From the IMG/VR virus record IMGVR_UViG_3300045988_061017: 56,476 nucleotides of DNA; one strand, 5' to 3'. Positions within the stretch are counted from its first letter, which is position 1. Every line of letters starts with the position of its first letter. This stretch comes from a virus. The notes under the pieces were generated by a model. It was not told where the DNA came from, did no database searches, and saw only the letters and a program-made list of their open reading frames with translations. Below are positions 42,032 to 52,221 of the stretch, piece by piece. The position numbers were made by a program, and so were the translations under genes.

Positions 42032-45000
42032 GTACAACTGTTGATCAAAGAGTCGTCGAAATGCGATTTGATAATAAGCAGTTTGAAAACAATATTCAGA
42101 CAAGCTTATCTTCTATAGACAAATTTAAAAAGAGCTTGAATATGGATGGAGCAACAAAAGGACTTGAAAGTGTTGAAAAAGCCTCTGGTAAGATAAATCT
42201 TTCCGGATTATCGAATGCCGTTGAAACTGTTAATGCTAAATTTTCAGCATTAGAAGTAATGGCAATTACGGCATTGGCAAATATTACAAATTCGGCAGTA
42301 AATGCAGGTAAAAGTATTGTATCGGCATTAACTATTGATCCAATCAAAACAGGATTTCAAGAATATGAAACGCAGATTAATGCAGTTCAGACAATCTTAG
42401 CAAATACTTCATCAAAGGGAACCACCCTTGACCAGGTTAATAATGCATTAGATGAGTTAAACCACTATGCAGATATGACCATTTATAATTTTACGGAGAT
42501 GACACGTAATATTGGTACCTTTACAGCGGCTGGTGTTGATTTGGATACCTCTGTTTCTGCAATTAAAGGTATTGCCAACCTTGCCGCTGTATCAGGTTCA
42601 AATTCACAGCAGGCAAGTACAGCAATGTATCAGTTATCACAGGCATTAGCAGCAGGAACAGTAAAATTACAAGACTGGAACTCTGTTGTAAATGCCGGTA
42701 TGGGTGGTCAGGTATTCCAGGATGCTTTAAAAGAAACAGCAAGAGTGCATGGAATAGCTATTGATGACATGATTAAAGATGAAGGGTCATTCAGAGAAAC
42801 TTTACAGAAAGGCTGGTTGACATCTGACATCTTAACCGAGACATTATCTAAGTTTACAGGTGACTTGAACGAGGAGCAGCTCAGAACTATGGGTTACTCA
42901 GAAGAGCAGATAGCATCAATAATCAAAATGGGTCAGACTGCTAATGATGCCGCTACAAAAGTAAAGACATTTTCCAAGTTATTTGACACATTAAAGGAAG
43001 CTGCACAGTCTGGCTGGACCCAGAGTTGGGAAATTATCGTTGGTGACTTTGAAGAAGCGAAAGAATTACTCACAGAGATGAGTGATACATTCAGCGCAAT
43101 TATAAATTCATCGGCGGATGCCAGAAATAGTATGTTGCAGGGCTGGAAAGATTTGGGAGGAAGAACAGCACTTATAGAAGCAGCTAGAAATGCTTTTGAG
43201 GGAGTGCTTAGTATTATTAAGCCTGTGAAAGAAGCATTCCGCGAAATCTTCCCGCCAATGACGGCACAACAACTGTACAACATTACAGATGCGTTAAGAA
43301 ATCTGACGGCGCATCTGAAACTCAGCGATACAAATTCGGAAAATTTGAAAAGAACATTCAAAGGTTTGTTTGCAGTAATTGACATCGTTAAACAATCATT
43401 CGTAGCAGTTGCAAAAGGAGTAGGCTCTCTATTAGGAGGGACTGGTGACTTAGCTAGTTCTATTTTATCGGTAACGGCACGCTTCGGAGATTGGCTTGTG
43501 AAACTTGATGAAACTATCAAGAAAACAGATATATTCAATGTTGCTATACAGACCGTGATTAAATATATAAAAACAGGTGTGGCAGTAGCAACAGATTTAA
43601 TCGACAAAGCTGTTGATGCGGTCACAAGATTCGCAAATTCTATAAAGCAGAAGTATGATACTGGTGGATTTGCAGTTATTCATTCTGTTCTGGAAAGAGT
43701 ACATACAAGAATGTCAGAAGTTGGAGAAGCTGCTGACGGAATGCGAAGTGGTGTTGAAATTGCAATTGGTGCAATGGGTAAAGCACTCGAAAATTCTAAG
43801 TTTTTACAAGCACTCCAGGCATTATGGGAAGGAGTAAAGACTATTGGAACTGGTATTGCAAAAGCAATGAAAACCCTTGCTAGTGGATTTATAGAAGATA
43901 TCAGTGATGTCAATTTCTCAAGTGTGTTTGACGTTCTCAGTGGAATTTCATTAGCTGGAATTGCGGTTGGAATCAATAAGTTCCTTAAAGGAATCACAGA
44001 TGCAGTAAGTGATGTTACAAAACTAACAGACCAAATCAAGGGAATTCTTGATAGCGTTAGAGGTTGCTTTGAAGCATATCAGACACAATTGAAAGCAGGA
44101 ACTTTGATTAAGATTGCAGGTGCAATTGCAATTCTTACGGGAGCGATTGTTGTACTTTCGCTTATTGACTCTGCAAAATTGGCATCAGCTATTACCGCAT
44201 TAACAGGATTGTTTGCGGAACTTATGACATCTATGGCTATCTTTACAAAGATAAGCGGTGACCTTAAGAATGCGGGAAAGACAGCTACAATTATGTTGGG
44301 ATTATCAGTTTCAGTGTTAATTCTTGCATCAGCGTTGAAGAAGATTGCATCTTTGAGTTGGAATGAGATAGCAAAAGGACTTACAGGTATTACAGTAATT
44401 TCTGGCGTATTGACAGGAGTTGCAAAAGTTATTTCAAAAGATGAAAAGACAATTGCTAAAGGAGCATTCAATCTTATATTCCTAGCGACAGCTATTAAGA
44501 TATTAGCATCTGCTTGCAAAGACATATCAAAACTTAGCTGGGGAGAACTTGGTAAGGGACTTACTGGAGTAGGGGTTCTGATGGCAGAAATAGCTTTATT
44601 CTTGAATACGGCTAAATTTAGTGGAAAAGCAGTATTAACAGCAACAGGAATTCTTGTGTTGTCAGCCGCTATAAAAGTATTAGCATCTGCTTGCAAAGAT
44701 TTTGGTTCTATGCAGTGGAGTGAAATCGGAAAAGGTCTTACAAGTATTGGCATATTACTTACAGAGATTGCAGCATTTACAAATCTTACAGGTAATGCTA
44801 AACATGTTGTATCTACTGGTATTGCTTTAATCGCTATTGCCGGCGCGATGAAAATTATGGCATCAGCTGTAGAGAATTTCGGTTCTATGCAGTGGAGTGA
44901 AATTGGCAGAGGACTGACCGTTATGGCAGGAGCATTAGCAGAGATTACATTAGCTGTCAATTTAATGCCTAAAAATATGATATCAACAGGCGTTGGTCTT

Positions 45001-46794
45001 ATTGCCGTTGCCGGAGCTCTTACAATATTATCAAATATTCTAAGTACAATGGGAAATTTCACATGGGAAGAGATTGTAAAAGGTCTTGTTACTATGGGGG
45101 GAGCGTTAGCGGAACTATCGGTAGCGTTAAATCTTATGAACGGAACATTGGCTGGTTCAGCGGCATTACTCATTGCAAGTGCTTCATTAGCGGTGTTGGC
45201 ACCAGTTCTGAGTATACTGGGTGCTATGAGTTGGGAAGCAATAGCCAAAGGTTTGGTTTCTTTAGCAGGAGCATTTGCAATTATAGGTGTAGCTGGTGCT
45301 GTATTATCACCGCTTGTTCCAAGTATTTTGGCATTAGCAGGAGCATTTACACTTATAGGTGTAGGAGTTGCTGTGACAGGAGCAGGTTTATTAGCTGCTG
45401 GACTTGGACTACAGGCACTTGCTATTGGGCTTACTGCGATAGCAGCAGCTGGAACAGCAGGAGCGACAGCACTTGTAGCAGCATTAGCAGTCATTATAAC
45501 AGGTGTGGCAGATTTAATTCCAGCAGTACTGGTTAAATTGGCAGAGGGAATTGCTCAGTTCTGCGTTGCATTAGCAGGTGCAGCACCACAAATTTTAGAG
45601 TCGCTGGTCGTTATTATTACGGCTTGTCTGGCGGCGATATCAAACGTGGTACCTCAATTGGTCGAAGTTCTCGTAACACTACTGGTTACAACTCTTCGAA
45701 CTTTGGCTGAGCATACGCCAGAAATTGTACAGGCTGTGTTCGATATTCTGATTGCATGTCTACAGGGAATTGCAGATAATATCGGAATGGTGGTTCAAAC
45801 TGCTATAGATATTGTGCTGAATTTCATCGACGGAATAGCTCAAAAATTACCAGATGTGATTCAGTCTGGTGTTAATTTGCTCTTGAGTTTCATCGAAGGC
45901 ATTATTAGTGCTATCGATAATAACTCCGAGCGATTAGCAAATGATATACGAAATTTGTTTAAAGCATTAATTCGCGCAGCGGTTCTTGTACTTACTGGTG
46001 GAGTTGTTGATATCAAAGAAGTTGGTTCCAAGATAATGAATTCTGGACTTATCAGTGGTATCAAGGAGAAATTATCAAATCTTAAGGAAACTGTACGTGA
46101 TTTGATATCAAATGCCAAGCAGGTTATTCAAGATAAAATAAATGACTTCAAAGATGTGGGAAAGCATATTATAGGTGGACTTATCAGTGGTATTACAGAT
46201 AAAGCCTCTGATTTGGCTAATTCAGCGATTAATGCGGCTAAGAGTGCTGTGAATGGTGTAAAGAATTTTCTTGGCATTCATTCACCATCAAGAGTATTTG
46301 CTGAAATTGGTAGATATACTGATGAGGGATTTATTAATGGTGTGAAGGCTTATGCTGGAAAAGTATCTGACGCTACGGTTGATATGGGAAAAGGTGCTGT
46401 TGGCGCAATGTCCGATACACTTTCAACTATTGCAGATTTGGTTAGTTCCGATATAGACACAGAGCCTACTATAAGACCTGTAATGGATCTGTCAAATATT
46501 CAAAATGGTGCTAATCAGTTGTTTAGTATGATGAAGAGTGTTGACGGGTATTCGTTATCTGGTTCATTAGACATTGCCAATAGAACCGGTAATCGTATTA
46601 ATGAAGTAAGAAGCAAAGCAACTGATAATTCCAGTGTGTTAGATAAGATTTCAGATGCTGTTGGAAACTTCAACGGCGGAAATTCATTCGAAAATACATT
46701 TAATATCACGGGAAGTAATCCTAAAGAGATTGCAGAAGAAGTATCAAACATTATTCAGAGACAAGTTGAAAGGAGGGATGCTTCATGGGCGTAA
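42028..46794 (+). CDS. tail tape measure protein
   Basis: ATG 42028 after ggaaggagg; ~1588 aa; helical with six ~57-61-aa hydrophobic repeats '(S/Q/T)W.EI.KGL...' between 44280 and 45330. Confidence 0.88.
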   Translation: MSTTVDQRVVEMRFDNKQFENNIQTSLSSIDKFKKSLNMDGATKGLESVEKASGKINLSGLSNAVETVNAKFSALEVMAITALANITNSAVNAGKSIVSALTIDPIKTGFQEYETQINAVQTILANTSSKGTTLDQVNNALDELNHYADMTIYNFTEMTRNIGTFTAAGVDLDTSVSAIKGIANLAAVSGSNSQQASTAMYQLSQALAAGTVKLQDWNSVVNAGMGGQVFQDALKETARVHGIAIDDMIKDEGSFRETLQKGWLTSDILTETLSKFTGDLNEEQLRTMGYSEEQIASIIKMGQTANDAATKVKTFSKLFDTLKEAAQSGWTQSWEIIVGDFEEAKELLTEMSDTFSAIINSSADARNSMLQGWKDLGGRTALIEAARNAFEGVLSIIKPVKEAFREIFPPMTAQQLYNITDALRNLTAHLKLSDTNSENLKRTFKGLFAVIDIVKQSFVAVAKGVGSLLGGTGDLASSILSVTARFGDWLVKLDETIKKTDIFNVAIQTVIKYIKTGVAVATDLIDKAVDAVTRFANSIKQKYDTGGFAVIHSVLERVHTRMSEVGEAADGMRSGVEIAIGAMGKALENSKFLQALQALWEGVKTIGTGIAKAMKTLASGFIEDISDVNFSSVFDVLSGISLAGIAVGINKFLKGITDAVSDVTKLTDQIKGILDSVRGCFEAYQTQLKAGTLIKIAGAIAILTGAIVVLSLIDSAKLASAITALTGLFAELMTSMAIFTKISGDLKNAGKTATIMLGLSVSVLILASALKKIASLSWNEIAKGLTGITVISGVLTGVAKVISKDEKTIAKGAFNLIFLATAIKILASACKDISKLSWGELGKGLTGVGVLMAEIALFLNTAKFSGKAVLTATGILVLSAAIKVLASACKDFGSMQWSEIGKGLTSIGILLTEIAAFTNLTGNAKHVVSTGIALIAIAGAMKIMASAVENFGSMQWSEIGRGLTVMAGALAEITLAVNLMPKNMISTGVGLIAVAGALTILSNILSTMGNFTWEEIVKGLVTMGGALAELSVALNLMNGTLAGSAALLIASASLAVLAPVLSILGAMSWEAIAKGLVSLAGAFAIIGVAGAVLSPLVPSILALAGAFTLIGVGVAVTGAGLLAAGLGLQALAIGLTAIAAAGTAGATALVAALAVIITGVADLIPAVLVKLAEGIAQFCVALAGAAPQILESLVVIITACLAAISNVVPQLVEVLVTLLVTTLRTLAEHTPEIVQAVFDILIACLQGIADNIGMVVQTAIDIVLNFIDGIAQKLPDVIQSGVNLLLSFIEGIISAIDNNSERLANDIRNLFKALIRAAVLVLTGGVVDIKEVGSKIMNSGLISGIKEKLSNLKETVRDLISNAKQVIQDKINDFKDVGKHIIGGLISGITDKASDLANSAINAAKSAVNGVKNFLGIHSPSRVFAEIGRYTDEGFINGVKAYAGKVSDATVDMGKGAVGAMSDTLSTIADLVSSDIDTEPTIRPVMDLSNIQNGANQLFSMMKSVDGYSLSGSLDIANRTGNRINEVRSKATDNSSVLDKISDAVGNFNGGNSFENTFNITGSNPKEIAEEVSNIIQRQVERRDASWA

Positions 46795-47498
46795 TTATTT
46801 ACAATGGTATTTCATCGGAAGAATTCGCTATCCAAGTGGAGCATCCGCCTGGATATGAAACTCCGGAAAAGGACTATGAAGTTACACATATTCCTGGAAG
46901 AAACGGGGATATTTATGTCGATAAAGGGTCGTATAAAAATGCATCAAGAAGTTATGACATAGCTATTGGTGCTGAAAATAAGGATTTTACAATGATGGCA
47001 AATTTTATTTCGGAGTGGCTTAACTCTGCGTCTGGATATGCTAAGTTGGAAGATTCATATGAGCCGGAATATTATCGACTTGCTGCTTATAAGAGTGGCG
47101 GAACAATTGAAAACATATTACAGCACGCTGGGCGTATTACAGTTGCATTTGATTGTAAACCTCAGCGTTTTCTTAAATCTGGAGATATTCCAGTAATTGT
47201 TAGAGCAACGAGCAAATTAAGAAATCCCACAGGATTCAAATCGCTTCCTATTATAAAAGTGAACGGTTCTGGAAAGGGTAATCTGAGAATTGGTGACTAT
47301 GTTATCACTATTTCGAACATTAGCTCGTATCTGACAATCGATAGTGAATTACAGGATGCTTATAAAGGTACTACAAATTGCAATTCACTTGTAACGTTGA
47401 GCAACGGATTTCCGAAGCTTATAAAAGGCGAAAACGAAATTTCGTTTTCTGGTGGAATAACAAGTGTGGAGGTGATACCTAAATGGTGGACACTATGA
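46785..47498 (+). CDS. distal tail protein (Dit)
   Basis: 237 aa directly after the TMP; 'IIYNGISSEEF...THIPGRNGD' is typical of siphovirus tail component N-termini. Confidence 0.65.
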   Translation: MGVIIYNGISSEEFAIQVEHPPGYETPEKDYEVTHIPGRNGDIYVDKGSYKNASRSYDIAIGAENKDFTMMANFISEWLNSASGYAKLEDSYEPEYYRLAAYKSGGTIENILQHAGRITVAFDCKPQRFLKSGDIPVIVRATSKLRNPTGFKSLPIIKVNGSGKGNLRIGDYVITISNISSYLTIDSELQDAYKGTTNCNSLVTLSNGFPKLIKGENEISFSGGITSVEVIPKWWTL

Positions 47499-49639
47499 TT
47501 ACTCTTCATGAGTCTACAGAAACATCATTCACAACGAATGGATTAGGCACATTAAGTGACGCCATTACTTGCGAAGTTACTGAAGAAAGAAATGGAGAGT
47601 TCGAACTTGAAATTGAATATCCGGTTACAGGTATCAGATATAAGGAATTACAGCTTAGGCGTATCATTATGGCAAAGCCAAATCCTTATTCTGACCCACA
47701 ACCATTCCGAATCTATGCAATCACAAAGCCAATCAATGGAATTGTTACAATAAATGCAGAACATATAAGTTACGATATGTCTGGATACCCAGTATCAGCA
47801 TTTGCAGCCGACACAGTTCAAAATGCATTTATTAATATGAAATCCGCATCAGCGGTTGATTGTCCTTTTTCATTTTCAACAGATAAAACTACAACTGCAA
47901 ATATGACAGTTCTCAAACCATCGAGTATGCGTTCACTTCTTGGAGGCGTTGACGGTTCAATCCTTGATGTGTATGGAGGAGAGTATGAATTCGATAAGTT
48001 CAACGTAAAGCTTTGGAATAAAAGAGGCGCGGATAGAGGTGTTAGCATTAGATATGGTAAGAATCTTACTGATTTGAAGCAGGAAGAGAATTGCAGTTCT
48101 GTCTATACAGGTGTTTATCCATTCTGGTATTCGGAGCAGGAAGGTCTTGTGCAGCTGGATGAGAAGATTGTAAAAGCTTCTGGCACATATAATTTTACAA
48201 GGATTTATCCATTGGATTTATCGCAGGAATGGCAGGAAAAACCAAATCAAGAGCAGCTCAGAGCAAGAGCTAATTCTTATATGAAAGCAAACAACATAGG
48301 AGTACCAGCTGTATCATTGACTGTATCATTTGTACAATTGTCACAATCTACGGAGTATGCTAAATATGCGCTTTTGGAGGATGTACATCTTTGCGACACT
48401 GTAAGCGTTGAGTTCCCGGAGTTAAATGTTAGCGCCACGGCAAAGTGCATAAAAACTATATATGATGCCATAAGTAATAAGTACGTGTCGATTGAACTTG
48501 GAGAATCAAGGACAAATCTTGCATCGACGATTTCTGACCAAAAGCAGGCAATCTCTGATACCACTACTAAAACATTTATGCAACAGGCTATTGAGAATGC
48601 TACGCAATTGATTAGTGGAGGTCTTGGCGGTTATGTGATTATGCACAGCAGCACCGGTGGAAAATATCCTGATGAAATTCTTATTATGGATACAGATGAT
48701 ATTGCTACTGCGAAGAAGGTATGGCGTTGGAATAAAGGTGGATTGGGATATTCTTCAACAGGATATAATGGTCCATTTGCTTTAGCTATGACACAGGATG
48801 GTCAGATTGTAGCAGATTTCGTTAAAACTGGGACGATGAGTGCAAATCGTATAAACGGTGGCACTTTAATTCTTGGTGGAAAGAACAACTCAAATGGTAC
48901 GGCACTTATAAAAGATTCATATGGAAAAGTTCTTATTCGACTTGATAGGGACGGAATAACATTGTCAGAAGATGTTCAGATTTCTTATGAAAATATTTCA
49001 GACGCTCCGTCTATTCCAACTAAAGTATCAGAACTTACGAATGATAGTAAATATACAACTATGCCGGATGTTGAAAAGAAAGGGTATCAGACAAAGGCTA
49101 ATGTGACCAAAATCACTAAGGATACAGTTACAACAACATATGTAAATGCTTTGGATATAACTGCTAAACAGGTTAATTGTAAATCTGGTAGTAAAGAAGC
49201 CAATATTAATGCTGGGGCATCTCATTATAAATATTCCAATGAGTACATAGGAGAAATAGGTACAAATAGTTGGACAGGCAATGACAATCGTAGAGGATTG
49301 GTATTTGACCTTGATGAAAATGGCGATTACATGACATGGGCGGCACAGCCTAAGAGTGGTCAGAGTTACCTTGTTAAGCTTTTATATGAGCGAAACGGTT
49401 ATACCTCAAACACTGTGACATACAATGCAGATACCATAAACTTGGGGTGTGATGTTGATATGCATTACTACAAACTTAAGAATGTATCTTGGGAAAATGG
49501 TAGTGGAATAACAGGAACAATGAGATTTGTTCAAGTAGGTGGAATGAATAGCGATGGAACCGCTTCAAATTGGAGTAATAACGCATATTTACAATTTGAG
49601 AGAGGTGTTTTAGTAAAAGCGGGTTGGTACGATTATTAG
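47483..49639 (+). CDS. tail-associated lysin-like / minor structural protein (Tal)
   Basis: 718 aa; 'MITLHESTETSFTTNGLGTLSDAITCEVTEERNGEFELEIEYP...PQPFRIY' matches the phage minor structural protein N-terminal region (the real start may be ATG 47495). Confidence 0.7.
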   Translation: MVDTMITLHESTETSFTTNGLGTLSDAITCEVTEERNGEFELEIEYPVTGIRYKELQLRRIIMAKPNPYSDPQPFRIYAITKPINGIVTINAEHISYDMSGYPVSAFAADTVQNAFINMKSASAVDCPFSFSTDKTTTANMTVLKPSSMRSLLGGVDGSILDVYGGEYEFDKFNVKLWNKRGADRGVSIRYGKNLTDLKQEENCSSVYTGVYPFWYSEQEGLVQLDEKIVKASGTYNFTRIYPLDLSQEWQEKPNQEQLRARANSYMKANNIGVPAVSLTVSFVQLSQSTEYAKYALLEDVHLCDTVSVEFPELNVSATAKCIKTIYDAISNKYVSIELGESRTNLASTISDQKQAISDTTTKTFMQQAIENATQLISGGLGGYVIMHSSTGGKYPDEILIMDTDDIATAKKVWRWNKGGLGYSSTGYNGPFALAMTQDGQIVADFVKTGTMSANRINGGTLILGGKNNSNGTALIKDSYGKVLIRLDRDGITLSEDVQISYENISDAPSIPTKVSELTNDSKYTTMPDVEKKGYQTKANVTKITKDTVTTTYVNALDITAKQVNCKSGSKEANINAGASHYKYSNEYIGEIGTNSWTGNDNRRGLVFDLDENGDYMTWAAQPKSGQSYLVKLLYERNGYTSNTVTYNADTINLGCDVDMHYYKLKNVSWENGSGITGTMRFVQVGGMNSDGTASNWSNNAYLQFERGVLVKAGWYDY

Positions 49640-49647
49640 GAGGTTTT

Positions 49648-49827
49648 ATGGAAGAAAATGCCACAGAAGTAAAAGATAAGGACCTCGTATTAATCGAGGC
49701 GAGCAATGAAGTATCTAAACCGGATGAAGGTGAAGATGTTGTACAAGATAATTCCGAACAGGAACAACTTCGTTCTGATGTAGAATTTTTATCAATGATG
49801 ACTGGCGTTGATTTAGGGGGTGATTAA
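49648..49827 (+). CDS. small acidic protein; C-terminal motif shared with 51749..52057
   Basis: ATG 49648 after aggaggt; 'SDVEFLSMMTGVDL' versus 'SNIDFLAMMQDVEL'. Confidence 0.55.
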   Translation: MEENATEVKDKDLVLIEASNEVSKPDEGEDVVQDNSEQEQLRSDVEFLSMMTGVDLGGD

Positions 49828-49829
49828 AA

Positions 49830-50783
49830 ATGGGTGTATATACACCAGACTCAAACAGAGTTGTGCATTATACGTATGCAGACATGACAGCTCGTCAGAT
49901 TGTACGTCCGGTTCATCTTGTGCAGTATGATCAGGGATTACCGATTATTGCGGTAAAACTATATAATGACGGACTTGAATATACGATACCTACTGGCGCA
50001 ACAGTTAATATAAGATGTGGTAAGGTTGACAGTAATTTTGTATATAATCCTGCATTAGGGTGGGATTCTGCTAAGCATACGGTTTACTTTGAAGTTACAA
50101 AGCAAATGACCGTACTGGCAGGAGAAATAAATCCTATTGTAGAGATTGAGTTAAATAACAAGATTGTATCCAGTGGGGCTATTGCCGTGCAGATTGATTT
50201 CAATCCTGTACAGGAACAGAGCATAAGGTCAACAACGGAATATCTCACTGCTAAGCAATATGCAGAACAGGCAGTTGATGCAGCAGCAAAAGCAGCAAGC
50301 TCTGCCAGCCAGGCATCTGGATATGCTAGCACAGCAAATTTAAGAGCAAACGCCGCGGCATCATCAGCTTCAGGTGCGGCTAACTCTGCAAGTGCAGCTA
50401 GTACGAGTGCGGAGAATGCGAAAAGCTATGCTGATTCAGCTGCTTCATCGAAGAATGCAGCGGCATCATCAGCTTCTAATGCATCAGCATCAGCAACAAA
50501 TGCCAAAAAGTCTGAAACAGCGGCAGCGAACTCAGCATCTTTAGCGCAGGCAGCATATGAAGAAATTCTCGGAGCAGATATCGGCAAATTTGGTTCACAG
50601 CTTGCTAATGAACATTCTGTATTACAACCGATTTACGATTCATCAGGACAAAATATATGTGATTCAAGTGGTAGAGAAATACAGGGACGTACAATATTTG
50701 CTGATGAAAGTGAAGTTGTATCATTACGACAGCAGGTATCTCATTTAGATACTTTTATAAGAAGTGTTATCAGTAGATTGTGA
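49830..50783 (+). CDS. BppU-N-like baseplate/fibre protein with Ala/Ser-rich repeat stalk
   Basis: 317 aa; N-domain 'IVRPVHLVQYDQGLPIIAVKLYNDG..Y.IPTGATVNIR'; then 'AASSASQASGYASTANLRANAAASSASGAANSASAAS...'. Confidence 0.55.
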   Translation: MGVYTPDSNRVVHYTYADMTARQIVRPVHLVQYDQGLPIIAVKLYNDGLEYTIPTGATVNIRCGKVDSNFVYNPALGWDSAKHTVYFEVTKQMTVLAGEINPIVEIELNNKIVSSGAIAVQIDFNPVQEQSIRSTTEYLTAKQYAEQAVDAAAKAASSASQASGYASTANLRANAAASSASGAANSASAASTSAENAKSYADSAASSKNAAASSASNASASATNAKKSETAAANSASLAQAAYEEILGADIGKFGSQLANEHSVLQPIYDSSGQNICDSSGREIQGRTIFADESEVVSLRQQVSHLDTFIRSVISRL

Positions 50784-50822
50784 TATGTAACAGACCATGC
50801 ACTGTTAGACAGTGACTACAAA

Positions 50823-50856
50823 GGGCTTTAGAGAAATCTGAGGCTCTTTATTTTTT
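50823..50856 (+). terminator. Rho-independent terminator
   Basis: gggcttta/tgaggctc stem, loop gagaaatc, then tttatttttt. Confidence 0.65.
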
Positions 50857-50873
50857 AAGGAGGATTAAAGAAA

Positions 50874-51695
50874 ATGCCTAAAGTAACGGATTATTCCGCA
50901 GCAACCAGATTTGATAGTGGAGACGTAATTATTAAAGATGGTACTGGCGGAACAAAGAAAATGACAGCAGCAAATGCAGCAGTAGAATTTGCTGGACTTG
51001 TATCGGCGATTAATCATCGCAATGTATATAGAGGAAAGAACCTTGGCTCATCAGTTACAGCAGCCCAAAAGGCAGCTATTCAAAATGGAACATTTGACGA
51101 CCTGTTTATCGGAGATTACTGGGTAATTAGCGGTGTGACTTGGGTTATTGCAGATATGGATTATTTCCTTAGATGCGGTGATACAGATTTCACAAAGCAT
51201 CATCTTGTTATTGTTCCGGCGTCATCACTTTACAATGGTCAGATGAATGCAACTAATACGACAGAGGGTGGATATGTAGGTTCTGTTATGTATAAAACAG
51301 GATTGGATAATGCAAAAGCAAAATTTAAGGCTGCTTTTGGAGATATGCTTCTTACTCATAGAACTTATCTTGTAAATGCAGTCGCCAACGGAAAACCATC
51401 TGGAGGAGCATGGTTCGATGAGACAGTTGCGCTTATGCAAGAGGTTATGGTATATGGCACACATTATTTCGAGCCTGCAAATGATGGGACAACAATCCCT
51501 ACAAAATACAGCGTTTGCAATTCACAGCTTGCACTTATGCGCCTTAATCCAAGAATGATCAAGATAAAAGAAACTTATTGGCTACAGAACGTCGTTTCTT
51601 CGGCTGGTTTCGCTAGTGTGTCCGGCTATGGCGGTTCGTCCTGCAACGGCGCTTCGGGCTCTTTTGGGGTTCGTCCGTATGGAATCATTGGTTAA
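50874..51695 (+). CDS. DGR target protein 2 (tail-module receptor-binding candidate with C-terminal VR)
   Basis: 273 aa; C-terminus 'VVSSAGFASVSGYGGSSCNGASGSFGVRPYGIIG' is encoded by VR2. Confidence 0.85.
   Translation: MPKVTDYSAATRFDSGDVIIKDGTGGTKKMTAANAAVEFAGLVSAINHRNVYRGKNLGSSVTAAQKAAIQNGTFDDLFIGDYWVISGVTWVIADMDYFLRCGDTDFTKHHLVIVPASSLYNGQMNATNTTEGGYVGSVMYKTGLDNAKAKFKAAFGDMLLTHRTYLVNAVANGKPSGGAWFDETVALMQEVMVYGTHYFEPANDGTTIPTKYSVCNSQLALMRLNPRMIKIKETYWLQNVVSSAGFASVSGYGGSSCNGASGSFGVRPYGIIG
51590..51677 (+). other. DGR variable region VR2
   Basis: 88-bp alignment to TR 52724..52811 with 20 differences, all at TR adenines. Confidence 0.9.
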
Positions 51696-51741
51696 GTAAA
51701 AATCTCCGCCCCTTGTGGGCGGGGTAATTTATAGGAAAGGA
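51688..51741 (+). repeat. 54-bp block identical to 6417..6470 with GC hairpin (51706..51722)
   Basis: Exact repeat of the post-VR1 sequence. Confidence 0.85.
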
Positions 51742-51748
51742 TAAGTAT

Positions 51749-52057
51749 ATGGAAGATTTAATTTATACTATGGTGCTGTCTGATGGCACCATCATTGAAA
51801 ATCTTAGAAAAAATGGTGATAACTATATTTCAGCATCTAAGCTTACAGCGGATATGTTTGAAGGAAAATTATCAGAAGTAACAGTAAAAACTTCTGAAAA
51901 TGAAGTGGTTATGGAAAATATGGATCTTGTCCAGATTACTGAGATGGATGGCGAATACTGGTTTGTATTACGTCAGTTCTCAGCTACGGAACTGGCTATG
52001 GCTAAAATGTCTTCTAATATTGACTTCTTAGCTATGATGCAGGATGTAGAACTGTAA
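51749..52057 (+). CDS. hypothetical protein
   Basis: 102-aa ATG ORF, RBS ggaaagga. Confidence 0.6.
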   Translation: MEDLIYTMVLSDGTIIENLRKNGDNYISASKLTADMFEGKLSEVTVKTSENEVVMENMDLVQITEMDGEYWFVLRQFSATELAMAKMSSNIDFLAMMQDVEL

Positions 52058-52080
52058 ATTAGAAAGAGAGGAATAACAAT

Positions 52081-52221
52081 ATGGAACATAGTAAAAACTT
52101 TAAAAAGGTTAAAGACTATTATGATGATAAGCTCTGGGATGAGCGTAGAGTACGCTTAGCAGTTGGTCGCTGGATTACCGCAGAAGAGTATAAGGAAATT
52201 ACAGGGAAAGATTACGAATAA
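52081..52221 (+). CDS. XkdX-family small phage protein
   Basis: 46 aa; 'VKDYYDDKLWDERRVRLAVGRWITAEEYKEITGKDY' matches the XkdX pattern; below the track cutoff. Confidence 0.7.
   Translation: MEHSKNFKKVKDYYDDKLWDERRVRLAVGRWITAEEYKEITGKDYE

Noticed and set aside
42933-43625. 230-aa minus-strand ORF
   Set aside because: It is antisense within the TMP gene, has no RBS and has no recognisable motif. The sense-strand ORF is continuous and far longer.
44079-45494. 471-aa minus-strand ORF (Ala/Pro/Thr/Ile-rich)
   Set aside because: It lies entirely antisense to the repeat region of the tape measure gene. It is low-complexity, has no RBS, and is an expected artefact of the Ala/Gly/Leu-rich codons on the sense strand.
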